Source of the DNA: Acidimicrobiia bacterium
GTDB taxonomy: Bacteria; Actinomycetota; Acidimicrobiia; Spongiisociales; ZC4RG35
Direction: 5' to 3'
DNA: 64,000 bases
Assembly: GCA_040905905.1 (NCBI GenBank)
Contig: JBBDQN010000057.1
Span: 165 to 64,164, forward strand
Shown piece by piece: positions 9,354-18,023 of the stretch. The position numbers were made by a program, and so were the translations under genes. A model generated the notes under the pieces. That model was not told the origin of the DNA and made no database searches. It worked only from the letters and a program-made list of their open reading frames with translations. The number at the start of each line of letters is the position of its first letter. The stretch's first letter is position 1.

Positions 9354-10610
9354 ATGAGCAGACGGAACCTGGTGGTCGGGTTGTTGGGCGCGGCAGCATT
9401 GGCCGGGCTGATCTGGGCCGCGGTCGTCGCGGTCCCGATGCTGACAGGCGAGCTGACCGCCTCCACCCCTCCCGGCGGCCGCCTGGCGGCCACCCCGAAC
9501 GTGATCGAGTCCAACCTGGTCTGGTCCACCGGCGACGGCACCATCGGAAGCTATGTGACCACTGCCTCCGTCTTCGGGAACGACGGTTTCATCTACGCCC
9601 TCTCCACTGCCCCCGGAGTCCGCGATATGGGCTTCGGTGTGCCGGTGGAGCACGCCGTCTACCGGTCCCAGGACGGCCTGGAGTGGACCCATGAGCTTCT
9701 GGCCGGGTTCGGTGCCGACCTGTATCCCCGCGACATCGCCTTCTCCGGCCCCAACCTCTACCTGGTAGGCACCGCTCCCAGCGCGGTCGACCCGTCCCGG
9801 GCGGTGGTCCGGGTGGGCACCTCGGCCGATTCTGGCCACACCTGGGAGGCAGTCGACCTCGAGGTGGCCAACCAGGGTGGCGACCCTGCCGTCGCCTCGG
9901 CCGGATCGATGATTACCGACGTTGCGGCCAATGGAATCGGGACGGTGGTGGGGGTGACCAGTGGGCATCAGTTCGACCAGTTCAACCCATCCAACGTGGC
10001 GCTGTACGTGGGCGGGGGTCCCCTCGGGTTCGAATCGACCGACACACCATTCGCCTCCGGCCATGCGCTCGACAGGCTGGCGGCTACACCAGACATGTTC
10101 TATGCCGTGGTGAGAGCACCCGGGTCCAACCTGCTCGACCTTTGGCAGTCCTCCGATGGCCGGCAGTGGGATCAACTGGAAAACTTCCCTTTCCTCGACT
10201 CGGTTCTCGCCTTCGGACCGATTGGCCAGCGACTTGTTGTGGCCGGGCAGATGGAGGGTCAGCTCGTGGTGGGTGCGACCCTCAACGGTCTCCAATGGGA
10301 CGAGGTGGATCTAGTGGACCTGGTGGCACCGGTTGTGGCCGGAAACCAATGGGTCTCGGCGGCGGGGATCGGACCTGCCGGGCTCTATCTAAATGTGCAA
10401 ACCTGGTTTCCCAACAGCGGGCCCGACGGCGGGGTAGAGGTGGCGCAGTTGGTCGAAACTCCCGACCTCAGCAACTGGTCGTCGATCCCAACCGGCAGTA
10501 TCTCTCAGGGTTTTGTCGACCAGGTGATCGTCGGAGACGACTTCGTGTTCGTCAACTCCACCACCGGACTCATCCAAGGAAGGGTGCACCTAATCGGCAC
10601 ACGGGCGTAG
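9354..10610 (+). CDS. Membrane-anchored BNR/Asp-box repeat protein (sialidase/glycosidase-like beta-propeller) of unknown function.
   Basis: N-terminal TM segment. Three Asp-box motifs, SQDGLEWT, SADSGHTWE and SSDGRQWD (S-x-D-G-x-x-W). A GGGAGGG RBS precedes the ATG. Confidence 0.6.
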   Translation: MSRRNLVVGLLGAAALAGLIWAAVVAVPMLTGELTASTPPGGRLAATPNVIESNLVWSTGDGTIGSYVTTASVFGNDGFIYALSTAPGVRDMGFGVPVEHAVYRSQDGLEWTHELLAGFGADLYPRDIAFSGPNLYLVGTAPSAVDPSRAVVRVGTSADSGHTWEAVDLEVANQGGDPAVASAGSMITDVAANGIGTVVGVTSGHQFDQFNPSNVALYVGGGPLGFESTDTPFASGHALDRLAATPDMFYAVVRAPGSNLLDLWQSSDGRQWDQLENFPFLDSVLAFGPIGQRLVVAGQMEGQLVVGATLNGLQWDEVDLVDLVAPVVAGNQWVSAAGIGPAGLYLNVQTWFPNSGPDGGVEVAQLVETPDLSNWSSIPTGSISQGFVDQVIVGDDFVFVNSTTGLIQGRVHLIGTRA

Positions 10611-10615
10611 CCGCT

Positions 10616-10930
10616 TCAGTCGAGGCCGAGATCGGACCGGAGATGGGCGTAGCCCTCCACTCGGCGGATGTGGTCGGGTCCCCGCCGGAACCGGTGACCG
10701 ATCTCCTCGTAACTGAGGCCGTCGGTGCGTAGATCGAGCACCCGTCGTTCGATCGGACTCAGACCCTGCGGACGAGCGACCTTACGGCGGGGGATCTCGG
10801 TCCAGGCGATCACGCGCTCGATGAAGTCCTCGCTCCGTTTGAACCGGCGAGCGATCTCGGCGATTTCGACCCCTTGCCCCTTCATGGCCAGGATCCGCCG
10901 TTCAACCGGGCGCAATACGTCGGTCGTCAT
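10616..10930 (-). CDS. Small DNA-binding protein with two tandem sigma-70 region-4/LuxR-like HTH repeats.
   Basis: Internal duplication LRPVERRILAMKGQGVEIAEIARRFKRSEDFIERV // LSPIERRVLDLRTDGLSYEEIGHRFRRGPDHIRRV. I trimmed the start to the ATG at 10930 (MTTDVLRP). Confidence 0.5.
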   Translation of the reverse strand: MTTDVLRPVERRILAMKGQGVEIAEIARRFKRSEDFIERVIAWTEIPRRKVARPQGLSPIERRVLDLRTDGLSYEEIGHRFRRGPDHIRRVEGYAHLRSDLGLD

Positions 10931-10969
10931 CCTTGGAAGGTAGCAGTCCGGGGTGCGTAGCAAAGAGCC

Positions 10970-12001
10970 TCACCTGGTCCTGGTCACTTTCTGAAGCCCG
11001 CGAGGCTGATCGGGGTCGAGACCCTTGGCCATCGCCAGGTGATAAGTGAATATCTGGGCAGCGACGATGCTGACGATTGGACTTAGCCAGTCGGGGGCAG
11101 CCGGAAGCAGGATTTGATGAGAAGCGGGACAACCTGAGTCATCGGTGATCCCGACCACTTCGGCTCCACGGGCGAGGACCTCAGTCAGCACCCCGGATAC
11201 TTCGGCGTGGAGGGGTCCGATCGTAGAGACCGCCATAACTGCAAATCCGGGCTCGACCATTGCCAGGGGGCCGTGGCGAAAGTCAGCGGTGGAGAAGGGC
11301 TGTGCGACGACATAAGTGAGCTCTGCCATCTTCAGCGCCCATTCGAAGGCCGTTGCCTGGTGATAACCCCTGCCCAGGACCGCGCACCGATCGACCAGCT
11401 TCATCGCCACCGCAGCAACCATGTTTGGCTCCGAGACAGCCACAACCCGGTCCACCAGCTCGGGCACTTGCGCGAGCGAGCGGCCTCTCTCCGTGTCGTC
11501 GGACATGGCCGCCGAGATCTGGGCAATCGCGACCAGTTCGGTCGTGTAGGTCTTGGTGGCGGCTACCGCCAGCTCGGTGCCGGCCCGGAGCTCGAGGACC
11601 CGGTCGGCAACCCGAGCCAGGGGAGAGCCACGGTGATTGGTGATCGCCAGTGTGGGTCGACCCTGGCGTCGGCCCTCTTCCACCACTGCGACAAGGTCGG
11701 GTGACTCGCCCGACTGGGAAATGCCCACCACTAGCGCATGGGCGAGATCGGGGGGACCACGGAGCGGGCCGAATAGGGAAGGGGCAGCGAGGGCGACGCT
11801 GAGTCGATTGTGATGACCCCACAGGTATTGGGCGTACCGAGCCGCGTTGTCCGAGGTCCCCCGGGCAGCGATCAGCGCATACGCGTAGTCCTGGCCGGAA
11901 AGCCACGAGGCGATTTCGGCAACCACGGGCTCGTTGACAGTCAGGGCGAAGGAGAGGACTTCGGGTTGTTGTTGGATCTCGTCCCAGAACTTGCTTGTCA
12001 T
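10970..12001 (-). CDS. SIS-domain sugar-phosphate isomerase/deaminase-like protein (AgaS/GlmS-C-terminal-like, probable amino-sugar-6-P deaminase/isomerase).
   Basis: Two SIS motifs (ARGTSDNAARYAQYL; VVGISQSGESPDLV). ATGA overlap with the upstream NagZ-like gene. Operon context with GH3 and ROK genes. Confidence 0.7.
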   Translation of the reverse strand: MTSKFWDEIQQQPEVLSFALTVNEPVVAEIASWLSGQDYAYALIAARGTSDNAARYAQYLWGHHNRLSVALAAPSLFGPLRGPPDLAHALVVGISQSGESPDLVAVVEEGRRQGRPTLAITNHRGSPLARVADRVLELRAGTELAVAATKTYTTELVAIAQISAAMSDDTERGRSLAQVPELVDRVVAVSEPNMVAAVAMKLVDRCAVLGRGYHQATAFEWALKMAELTYVVAQPFSTADFRHGPLAMVEPGFAVMAVSTIGPLHAEVSGVLTEVLARGAEVVGITDDSGCPASHQILLPAAPDWLSPIVSIVAAQIFTYHLAMAKGLDPDQPRGLQKVTRTR

Positions 12002-13518
12002 CCCGCCAGCCCCGAATGCCCTACCGGGTAGAGACCAGGAATGGAAACCGGCAGGTGTCCCGGAAAGGTGGCCTTGCCGAAGAGGGCGGCGGCCACCGCT
12101 TGAAGGGAGGGTGGGTGAATTCCGTAGGTGCAGACGTAGGTTGGCAACTCGGGAAACAGCGCCAGGTCGTAGGGAGTGCGAAGGGCTACTCCGACCAGAG
12201 GTTTGCCGGTGGCAAGACAGGTCTGCATCAGATCCGCTTGCTCCCGGTTGGCATCGATGGTGCCAACTATCAGCACGTCGTGCCCATCTGCCTGCTCCAC
12301 TACCGATTCGATCTCACCCGGGGTCGGGTGAGCCGCCACCACTATCTCGGTCACAACAGGATGATGGTGGCGGATCGCCGCGGCCAGACCCGGTTCGACA
12401 TAGGAGGAAGTGTCGGCCGGGGTGAGGTCGATCGGTCGCGGCATGACCACGAGGACTCGCCCTCCCGAGTCGAGCGGAAGCAGGCCATTGAGATCGCGCA
12501 CATGGGTGATCGACCTGGCAGCGAGTTCGTCCGCCAGCAGTCGGTGGGCGCTGCAACCAACCACCGTGAGCTTTGGCTGCGGAAACTGGTCCAGCCACTT
12601 GAGCAGGTCGTCTACCCGGCCCGACTGATCCGCCATCCCGGTTACCGACGCCCCGGCCTGGGCCGGACCTAACAGGAGGAGATCGGCGCCGGCTCGAAGC
12701 GGCGTCTCCGGCGCCAATCCACCAAAGGCTCCCATGTCGAGGGCATCGGTGACGATGACACCGCCAAACCCCAACGACCCCCGGATAAGGCCCTGGAGCA
12801 CTCCCGGAGATGCAGAAGCGGGCAAAGCCCGATCTCCCGTGACCGCAGGAAGGCCGTAGTGGCCGACCATGACCAGACGGGCTCCGGCTTCGATCCCGGC
12901 CCGGAAGGGCGCGAACTCCACCCGCTCCAGTCGTTCCAGGTCGAGGTCGAGGACCGGCAACTCGTAGTGAGGGTCGACGGTTGCCTCCCCTTTTCCCGGG
13001 AAGTGTTTGAGGGTTGCAGCCACACCGGCCTGCTGAAGCCCGCTCACCATTGCCGCGGTCATCCGGGCGACCTCACCTGGTTCTTCGCCGAAGGAGCGAA
13101 TGCCCAGAGAGGGGTTGTAGGGGCGGCTAGCCACATCGGCCACAGGTGCGTAGTTGAGGTTGATGCCGAGCGCCCGCAACTCAAGTCCGATTGCGTTTCC
13201 AACCCGCCGGGTCAGGTCAGCGTCGCCCACGGCGCCGAGGGCAAGGTTGCCCGCAAAGGCGGTGGTCTCCGCACCCGCCCCCAAGAGCTGTCCGCCTTCT
13301 TGATCGATGGCGATGAGCAGCCGGCCCCCGCCCGCTCGCTGGAGTTCGTCGGTCAGACGGCGGGTCTGGGCGGCGGACTCGATATTGAGGCCCCGGAACA
13401 GTGTCACTCCTGCCACCTGGGGCTGTCGGATGAGCCTGGCTACCTCGTCGGTGACGCTGAAGCCGTGGAAGGCCACGAGCGCAACCAGAGCGACCTCCTC
13501 CGCCGCAGCCGCGGGCAT
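11998..13518 (-). CDS. nagZ: Glycoside hydrolase family 3 beta-N-acetylhexosaminidase (NagZ-like).
   Basis: GH3 N-terminal domain motifs: IDQEGG, KHFPGKG, VMVGHY, VIVTDALDMGA. Confidence 0.85.
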   Translation of the reverse strand: MPAAAAEEVALVALVAFHGFSVTDEVARLIRQPQVAGVTLFRGLNIESAAQTRRLTDELQRAGGGRLLIAIDQEGGQLLGAGAETTAFAGNLALGAVGDADLTRRVGNAIGLELRALGINLNYAPVADVASRPYNPSLGIRSFGEEPGEVARMTAAMVSGLQQAGVAATLKHFPGKGEATVDPHYELPVLDLDLERLERVEFAPFRAGIEAGARLVMVGHYGLPAVTGDRALPASASPGVLQGLIRGSLGFGGVIVTDALDMGAFGGLAPETPLRAGADLLLLGPAQAGASVTGMADQSGRVDDLLKWLDQFPQPKLTVVGCSAHRLLADELAARSITHVRDLNGLLPLDSGGRVLVVMPRPIDLTPADTSSYVEPGLAAAIRHHHPVVTEIVVAAHPTPGEIESVVEQADGHDVLIVGTIDANREQADLMQTCLATGKPLVGVALRTPYDLALFPELPTYVCTYGIHPPSLQAVAAALFGKATFPGHLPVSIPGLYPVGHSGLAG

Positions 13519-13526
13519 GGAGTGGC

Positions 13527-14399
13527 TCAGCCTTTGACCGAGCCGGCCAGGAGCCCTCTGACGAAGAAGCGCTGGAGGGACAGAAAAACTACGAGGGGGA
13601 TCAACATTGAAACGAATGCGGCGGCAGTAAGGAGGTGGAAAGCCTCACCACGGGAACCGACGATTGATGCCAGCTCGATCGTGAGCACGGCTACGTCCGA
13701 CGACGTACCCAGGAACACAAGTGCCACGAGGAAGTCGTTCCACACCCAGAGGAATTGGAAGATGGCGAAGGAAGCAAGGGCCGGAACTGACAGAGGCAGG
13801 ACCAGCCTGGTGAATGCCGTGAAAGGGGTAGCACCATCGAGGTATGCCGACTCAAAGATGTCTTTGGGTAGCTGCGATATGTAGTTGTAGAGGAGGAAGA
13901 CCGCCAGCGGGAGACCGAAACCGGTGTGTGCTAGCCAGATGCCGATGAAGCTGCCGGTCAGGTCGGTAGCTTGATATATCTTGAGCAAGGGCACCAGTGA
14001 GAGCTGCAGTGGTACCACCAGGAGCCCAACCACCACGCCAAAGAGGAGGCTGCGGCCGCGGAATTTGATCCACGCAAACCCGTAGGCGGCAAAGGCCGCA
14101 AGGGTGATGGGGATGACGGTGGCTGGAATGGCGACGATCAAGCTGTTCATCAATGCGTCAAACATGCCTCCGGAGGTGAGAACCCTGTTGTAGTTGTCAA
14201 GGGTCCACTCCGTGGTAAATGGGCTGAACAGCGACGTCCACCAGCCCGTACCGCTGCTGTCGACCGACGTTCGAAAAGAGTTGACCAGCAAGCCGAGGCT
14301 GGGCACGGTCCAAACCGCCACGATGAGAAACACCGTCAGCTTGACCAGCCAGCCACTTTGTTCGGTCGGCTCTTCGATCCGGGCGGCCTTGGCGGTCAT
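13527..14399 (-). CDS. Carbohydrate ABC transporter permease (MalG/CUT1-like).
   Basis: A roughly 290-aa polytopic protein with an EAA-loop region (SAYLDGATPFTAFTRLVLP). Confidence 0.85.
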   Translation of the reverse strand: MTAKAARIEEPTEQSGWLVKLTVFLIVAVWTVPSLGLLVNSFRTSVDSSGTGWWTSLFSPFTTEWTLDNYNRVLTSGGMFDALMNSLIVAIPATVIPITLAAFAAYGFAWIKFRGRSLLFGVVVGLLVVPLQLSLVPLLKIYQATDLTGSFIGIWLAHTGFGLPLAVFLLYNYISQLPKDIFESAYLDGATPFTAFTRLVLPLSVPALASFAIFQFLWVWNDFLVALVFLGTSSDVAVLTIELASIVGSRGEAFHLLTAAAFVSMLIPLVVFLSLQRFFVRGLLAGSVKG

Positions 14400-15544
14400 G
14401 CTCCAATCCCCTGTCGGCGAAGGTTGCGGATGTTGACCACCATGATCGGTACCACGGCGACCAGGAGGATCACAGCCATGGTCGTCGCCTGGCCGAAGTT
14501 TCTGAAACGGAACATCTCCTGATACATCCTGTAGGCAACCACCGAGGTGTCGAAGTTGCCGCCGGTCGTAACGAAAATGATGTCAAAGACCTTGAGAACT
14601 GCGATAGCGATAGTCGTAAAAACGGTGAGAACCGAACCACGGATGGAGGGCAACATGACCCGGAAGAAGTTCTGGGCTTCGGTCGCCCCATCGATACGAG
14701 CCGCCTCGGTTAGTTCGCGCGGCACACCCTTGATGGCAGCAGACAGGATGACCATGGCGAAGCCCACCTGAAGCCAGATCATGATGACTATGAGAGCGAG
14801 GGTGTTGAGGGGGATGACCTGCAGCCAGGCCACCGGTTCCACCTCGTCGACCCATCCGAGGTTGACAAAAACCTGGCCCGCTGACACCCAAATTGCGTTG
14901 AGAACTCCGATCTGGGGCTGTCCGGGAGGTTTCCATGCGTAGACGAATTTCCAAATGACCGAGGCACCCACAAACGAGACCGCGAGAGGCAAGAACACGA
15001 ATGCCTTTGCCAGAGACTCACGCTTGATTCTGTCCACCAGCGCCGCGAAAGCCAGGCCGATGGTCACAGCTCCAGCAGGTGCCAGCACCAACCAGATGAG
15101 GTTGTTGCGGAGAGAGATTATGACTTCTTCGTTGGTGAACGCCTGTGCATAGTTGTAGAACGGACCTTCGCCCTCCGGAACGGCGGTGAAGCTCTCGATG
15201 ATGGTTCCGACCGTTGGGTATATGAGGTAGAGCCCAACGACGGCCACTGCAGGAAGAACGAAGACATAAGGGCGGAGAAAGACCGTTGCCCGAGCAGGGA
15301 GAGCTTCGATGATTGAGTTGGCGGCAATGAAGAGCGCCCAGATCCCGCCGACACCGAGGACGATCGCCACCAGCGCCTTGACAATCTTTGCCGGAGTGGG
15401 GCCAAAACCGGAGAATGCGGTGGGGTCGCGCAGCAACCTGATTCCGAGCCAGAGGAGGACTCCAACACCGGCTGCGATCACGGCAGCGCGAAGCGCCTTT
15501 AGCCCCGATCCTGGGGCAGGTCGCCCGACTGCGATGTCGACCAT
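14396..15544 (-). CDS. Carbohydrate ABC transporter permease (MalF/CUT1-like).
   Basis: I trimmed the start to the ATG at 15544, which has AAGGAGG 6 nt upstream. It has an EAA loop (EAARIDGATEAQNFFRVMLP) and an ATGA overlap with the downstream permease. Confidence 0.85.
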   Translation of the reverse strand: MVDIAVGRPAPGSGLKALRAAVIAAGVGVLLWLGIRLLRDPTAFSGFGPTPAKIVKALVAIVLGVGGIWALFIAANSIIEALPARATVFLRPYVFVLPAVAVVGLYLIYPTVGTIIESFTAVPEGEGPFYNYAQAFTNEEVIISLRNNLIWLVLAPAGAVTIGLAFAALVDRIKRESLAKAFVFLPLAVSFVGASVIWKFVYAWKPPGQPQIGVLNAIWVSAGQVFVNLGWVDEVEPVAWLQVIPLNTLALIVIMIWLQVGFAMVILSAAIKGVPRELTEAARIDGATEAQNFFRVMLPSIRGSVLTVFTTIAIAVLKVFDIIFVTTGGNFDTSVVAYRMYQEMFRFRNFGQATTMAVILLVAVVPIMVVNIRNLRRQGIGA

Positions 15545-15562
15545 TACTCCCTCCTTGCGAAA

Positions 15563-15595
15563 AAGGTGCCGGGGGGCTGAACCCCCCGGCACCTT
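15563..15595 (-). promoter_or_regulatory. Intercistronic GC-rich hairpin between the sugar SBP gene and the first permease gene. It has a perfect 14-bp stem and a 5-nt loop. On the transcribed strand it is followed by a short T-run, so it may act as a partial terminator or as an mRNA stabiliser.
   Basis: AAGGTGCCGGGGGG-ctgaa-CCCCCCGGCACCTT read directly. It sits between the SBP stop (15613) and the permease RBS. Confidence 0.5.
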
Positions 15596-15612
15596 AATCT
15601 CCGATTGGACGG

Positions 15613-17058
15613 CTAGCTGGGCCAGCTGTCTTCTATCGATTGGAAGACCCCCTCGGTGCCGTCACCGTTGGCAGCCACCCAATCGACCATTCCGCTCCAG
15701 AACGTTCCGACGCCGACGGCTGCCGGCATCAGGTCAGAAGCGTCGAAGCCCACTGTGGTGGCGCCTTGCACCATCTCCGCCAGCCCCGTGTTGGGATACG
15801 TGTACCAATCGATCGGTACGGTTGTGAGCGGTGAGAGGAATCCGCCCTTCTCGATCCAACCTTCAGCTGCCTCGGGGGTGGCCAACCACTCCAGTAGTGC
15901 ACGTACTTCGTCGCGGTCGTTGAACATAACGAACATGTCGGCCGCGCCGAGGACCGGGGTGCCGAACTCTTCTTCGATCATCGGGAAGTAGAAGAAGTCG
16001 ACGTCGGTTTCCGGCTTGATCGGCCATTCCGATGCCGGCAAAGTCGGCTCGTCAGCTAAGGCGTCACGGTTGGCACCCCAGAAACCACCGATCCAGGCTG
16101 CCTGCTTCTGCATCCAGCACTGCGGTCCGCCTTCGGCGAACATCGGGTCCTGAGTCTCACCGATCCAGGTCTGGTTGATGTAGGTATTCCCGCCATAGGC
16201 GTAGTCGGGCGTGAACCAGATCTGGCTCATGTATCCGGCCGCCTCCAGCACCTCTGGGTGATTGAAGGGGATCTCGTGGGTGATCCACTGGTTATAGATG
16301 TCGACCGGGGCTGTCCTAAGGAGAATGTCCTCCATCCAGTCGGTGGCCACCCAACCATCGGCTTCCTGGCTCTCGATAGAGATACACCACGGGTTGCCGT
16401 TGCCGTCGGCGACGATTTGGTCGCTGAGGGCGATCAGCTCATCCCACGTGGTAGGCACCGAGTAGCCGTTGTCGGCAAATCCCTGCACCGGATACCACAC
16501 GATCGACTTGACGTCGGTCTTGTAGTACACGCCATACAGGTTGCCGTTGTATACGCCGAGCTCGTAGAAGGCCGGCACCATATCGGCGCTCAACTTGTCC
16601 TGGTTGAAGAACTCGCTGAGGTTGACCAGCGAACCGGCATCTGCGTACTGGTGCATCTTGCCGGGCTGGGCGATCTGTGCCAGGTCGGGGGCGTTGCCGC
16701 CATCAACTGCGACCTGCAAAGCCGTCTCGTAGTCGGGTGTCGCCTGGAAGTTCACGGTTATGCCCGTGGCTTCCTGGAACGGCTCCAGCGTGTAGAGGAA
16801 GTTGGCCTCCTCCGAGGATTCGGGCAGCCACTGCGCCCAAACCTCAACGGTGGTGCCGCTGAATTCGCCTGCCATGGCCCGATCCAGGTGCTCATAGCCG
16901 GTCGATTCCATTGGCTCGCCGGTTGTGGTCGTTTCGCCGACTGCCGTGGTGGCTGTCGTGGTTGGGGCGCCCGTCGTGGTGGTGGCGGCTGGCGTTCCGC
17001 ACGCCGTTGCCACCAAAGCCAGGACGGCTACCAAGACCAACCATCGGTATTTGGTCAT
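15613..17058 (-). CDS. Carbohydrate (CUT1-type) ABC transporter substrate-binding lipoprotein.
   Basis: Lipobox LALVATAC. Thr/Ala linker GTPAATTTTGAPTTTATTA, near-identical to the oppA-like linker. SBP_bac_1-like body. A GGGAGGAG RBS precedes the ATG at 17058. Confidence 0.85.
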   Translation of the reverse strand: MTKYRWLVLVAVLALVATACGTPAATTTTGAPTTTATTAVGETTTTGEPMESTGYEHLDRAMAGEFSGTTVEVWAQWLPESSEEANFLYTLEPFQEATGITVNFQATPDYETALQVAVDGGNAPDLAQIAQPGKMHQYADAGSLVNLSEFFNQDKLSADMVPAFYELGVYNGNLYGVYYKTDVKSIVWYPVQGFADNGYSVPTTWDELIALSDQIVADGNGNPWCISIESQEADGWVATDWMEDILLRTAPVDIYNQWITHEIPFNHPEVLEAAGYMSQIWFTPDYAYGGNTYINQTWIGETQDPMFAEGGPQCWMQKQAAWIGGFWGANRDALADEPTLPASEWPIKPETDVDFFYFPMIEEEFGTPVLGAADMFVMFNDRDEVRALLEWLATPEAAEGWIEKGGFLSPLTTVPIDWYTYPNTGLAEMVQGATTVGFDASDLMPAAVGVGTFWSGMVDWVAANGDGTEGVFQSIEDSWPS

Positions 17059-18023
17059 TTGTCTCCTCCCATTGTTGGGTTCTTTTCTGTCGCTAGCGCA
17101 AGAACAAACTGCGTGGCAGCCAGAGAGGCCGCTCCCAGCGCCCCATGATGATCGCCTGCGGGGGCTAGGCGTATTCGGGACGGGGCAAGTGTTTGGGCGG
17201 CCAGATTCGAACCTCCGGCAGCCCGGATCAGCGCGGCCCGCACTGCGTCAAGGAAAGGAGGCCCGGCTGAGGCCACCCCCCCGCCCAGATAGATCGTGGT
17301 GACATCGTAGGCCGCGGCAAGCCAGTGAACAGCTATCGCCAGGTGTTTGGTTATTCGTTGGGCCTCTTCGACAGCCTTCGGATCCCCCTGGACTGCTGCC
17401 CCGAAAAGTGAGGAGGCGGCTCGATCGGGGTTGCCGTGGGGCCAGGCGGCGGAGATAGCCGGGCCGGCGGCCACGGTCTCGAGACAGCCGCGTTGACCGC
17501 ACCTGCACAACCGTCCATCGGGTTCGACGACGACATGCCCGATTTCACCGGCCATGCCTGTCGAGCCTCGTCTCAAGCTCCCCTCGATCACTACCCCGGC
17601 GGAAATCCCTGTCCCCAGGCTGATGAGGGCCATATCTGTCACGGCTTCTCCGGCCGCTCGGACCGTCTCATAAACACCGACTGCAGCGGCACGGACATCG
17701 TTCTCAACCAGAACCGGCCGACCGATCATGTGAGAGATACGGTCGCCCAGGGGAAAAGGGTTTTGGTCGATGCCGAGGTTGACGGCTAACCGGACCGTGC
17801 CACTGGTCGAATCGACCTGCCCGGGGATGCCTACTCCGACTCCGGTCACATGACTGAGGTCGAATTCCCGTAAGACTTGCAAAACCGCACCGAGCACGGC
17901 CTCACCCCCGGGGGTAGATGTCGCCACACGGCTCGATTGCAGCAGATCACCATCAGCCGAACGCATCACCGCCTGGGTGGAGGTTCCTCCCACATCGATT
18001 CCGATGGTCGTCGGGTTGTTCAT
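17055..18023 (-). CDS. ROK-family sugar kinase (glucokinase or N-acetylglucosamine kinase).
   Basis: I trimmed the start to the ATG at 18023 (MNNPTTIGIDVGGTS), which makes an ATGA overlap with the regulator stop. Zn motif CRCGQRGCLE. The track ORF start at 18428 is an Arg/Pro-rich artefact. Confidence 0.8.
   Translation of the reverse strand: MNNPTTIGIDVGGTSTQAVMRSADGDLLQSSRVATSTPGGEAVLGAVLQVLREFDLSHVTGVGVGIPGQVDSTSGTVRLAVNLGIDQNPFPLGDRISHMIGRPVLVENDVRAAAVGVYETVRAAGEAVTDMALISLGTGISAGVVIEGSLRRGSTGMAGEIGHVVVEPDGRLCRCGQRGCLETVAAGPAISAAWPHGNPDRAASSLFGAAVQGDPKAVEEAQRITKHLAIAVHWLAAAYDVTTIYLGGGVASAGPPFLDAVRAALIRAAGGSNLAAQTLAPSRIRLAPAGDHHGALGAASLAATQFVLALATEKNPTMGGDK

Noticed and set aside
17079-17105. 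Nested inverted repeat GTTCTT...CGCTAGCG...AAGAAC.
   Set aside because: It lies inside the C-terminal coding region of the ROK kinase, has asymmetric spacing, and has short arms. It was not reported as an operator.
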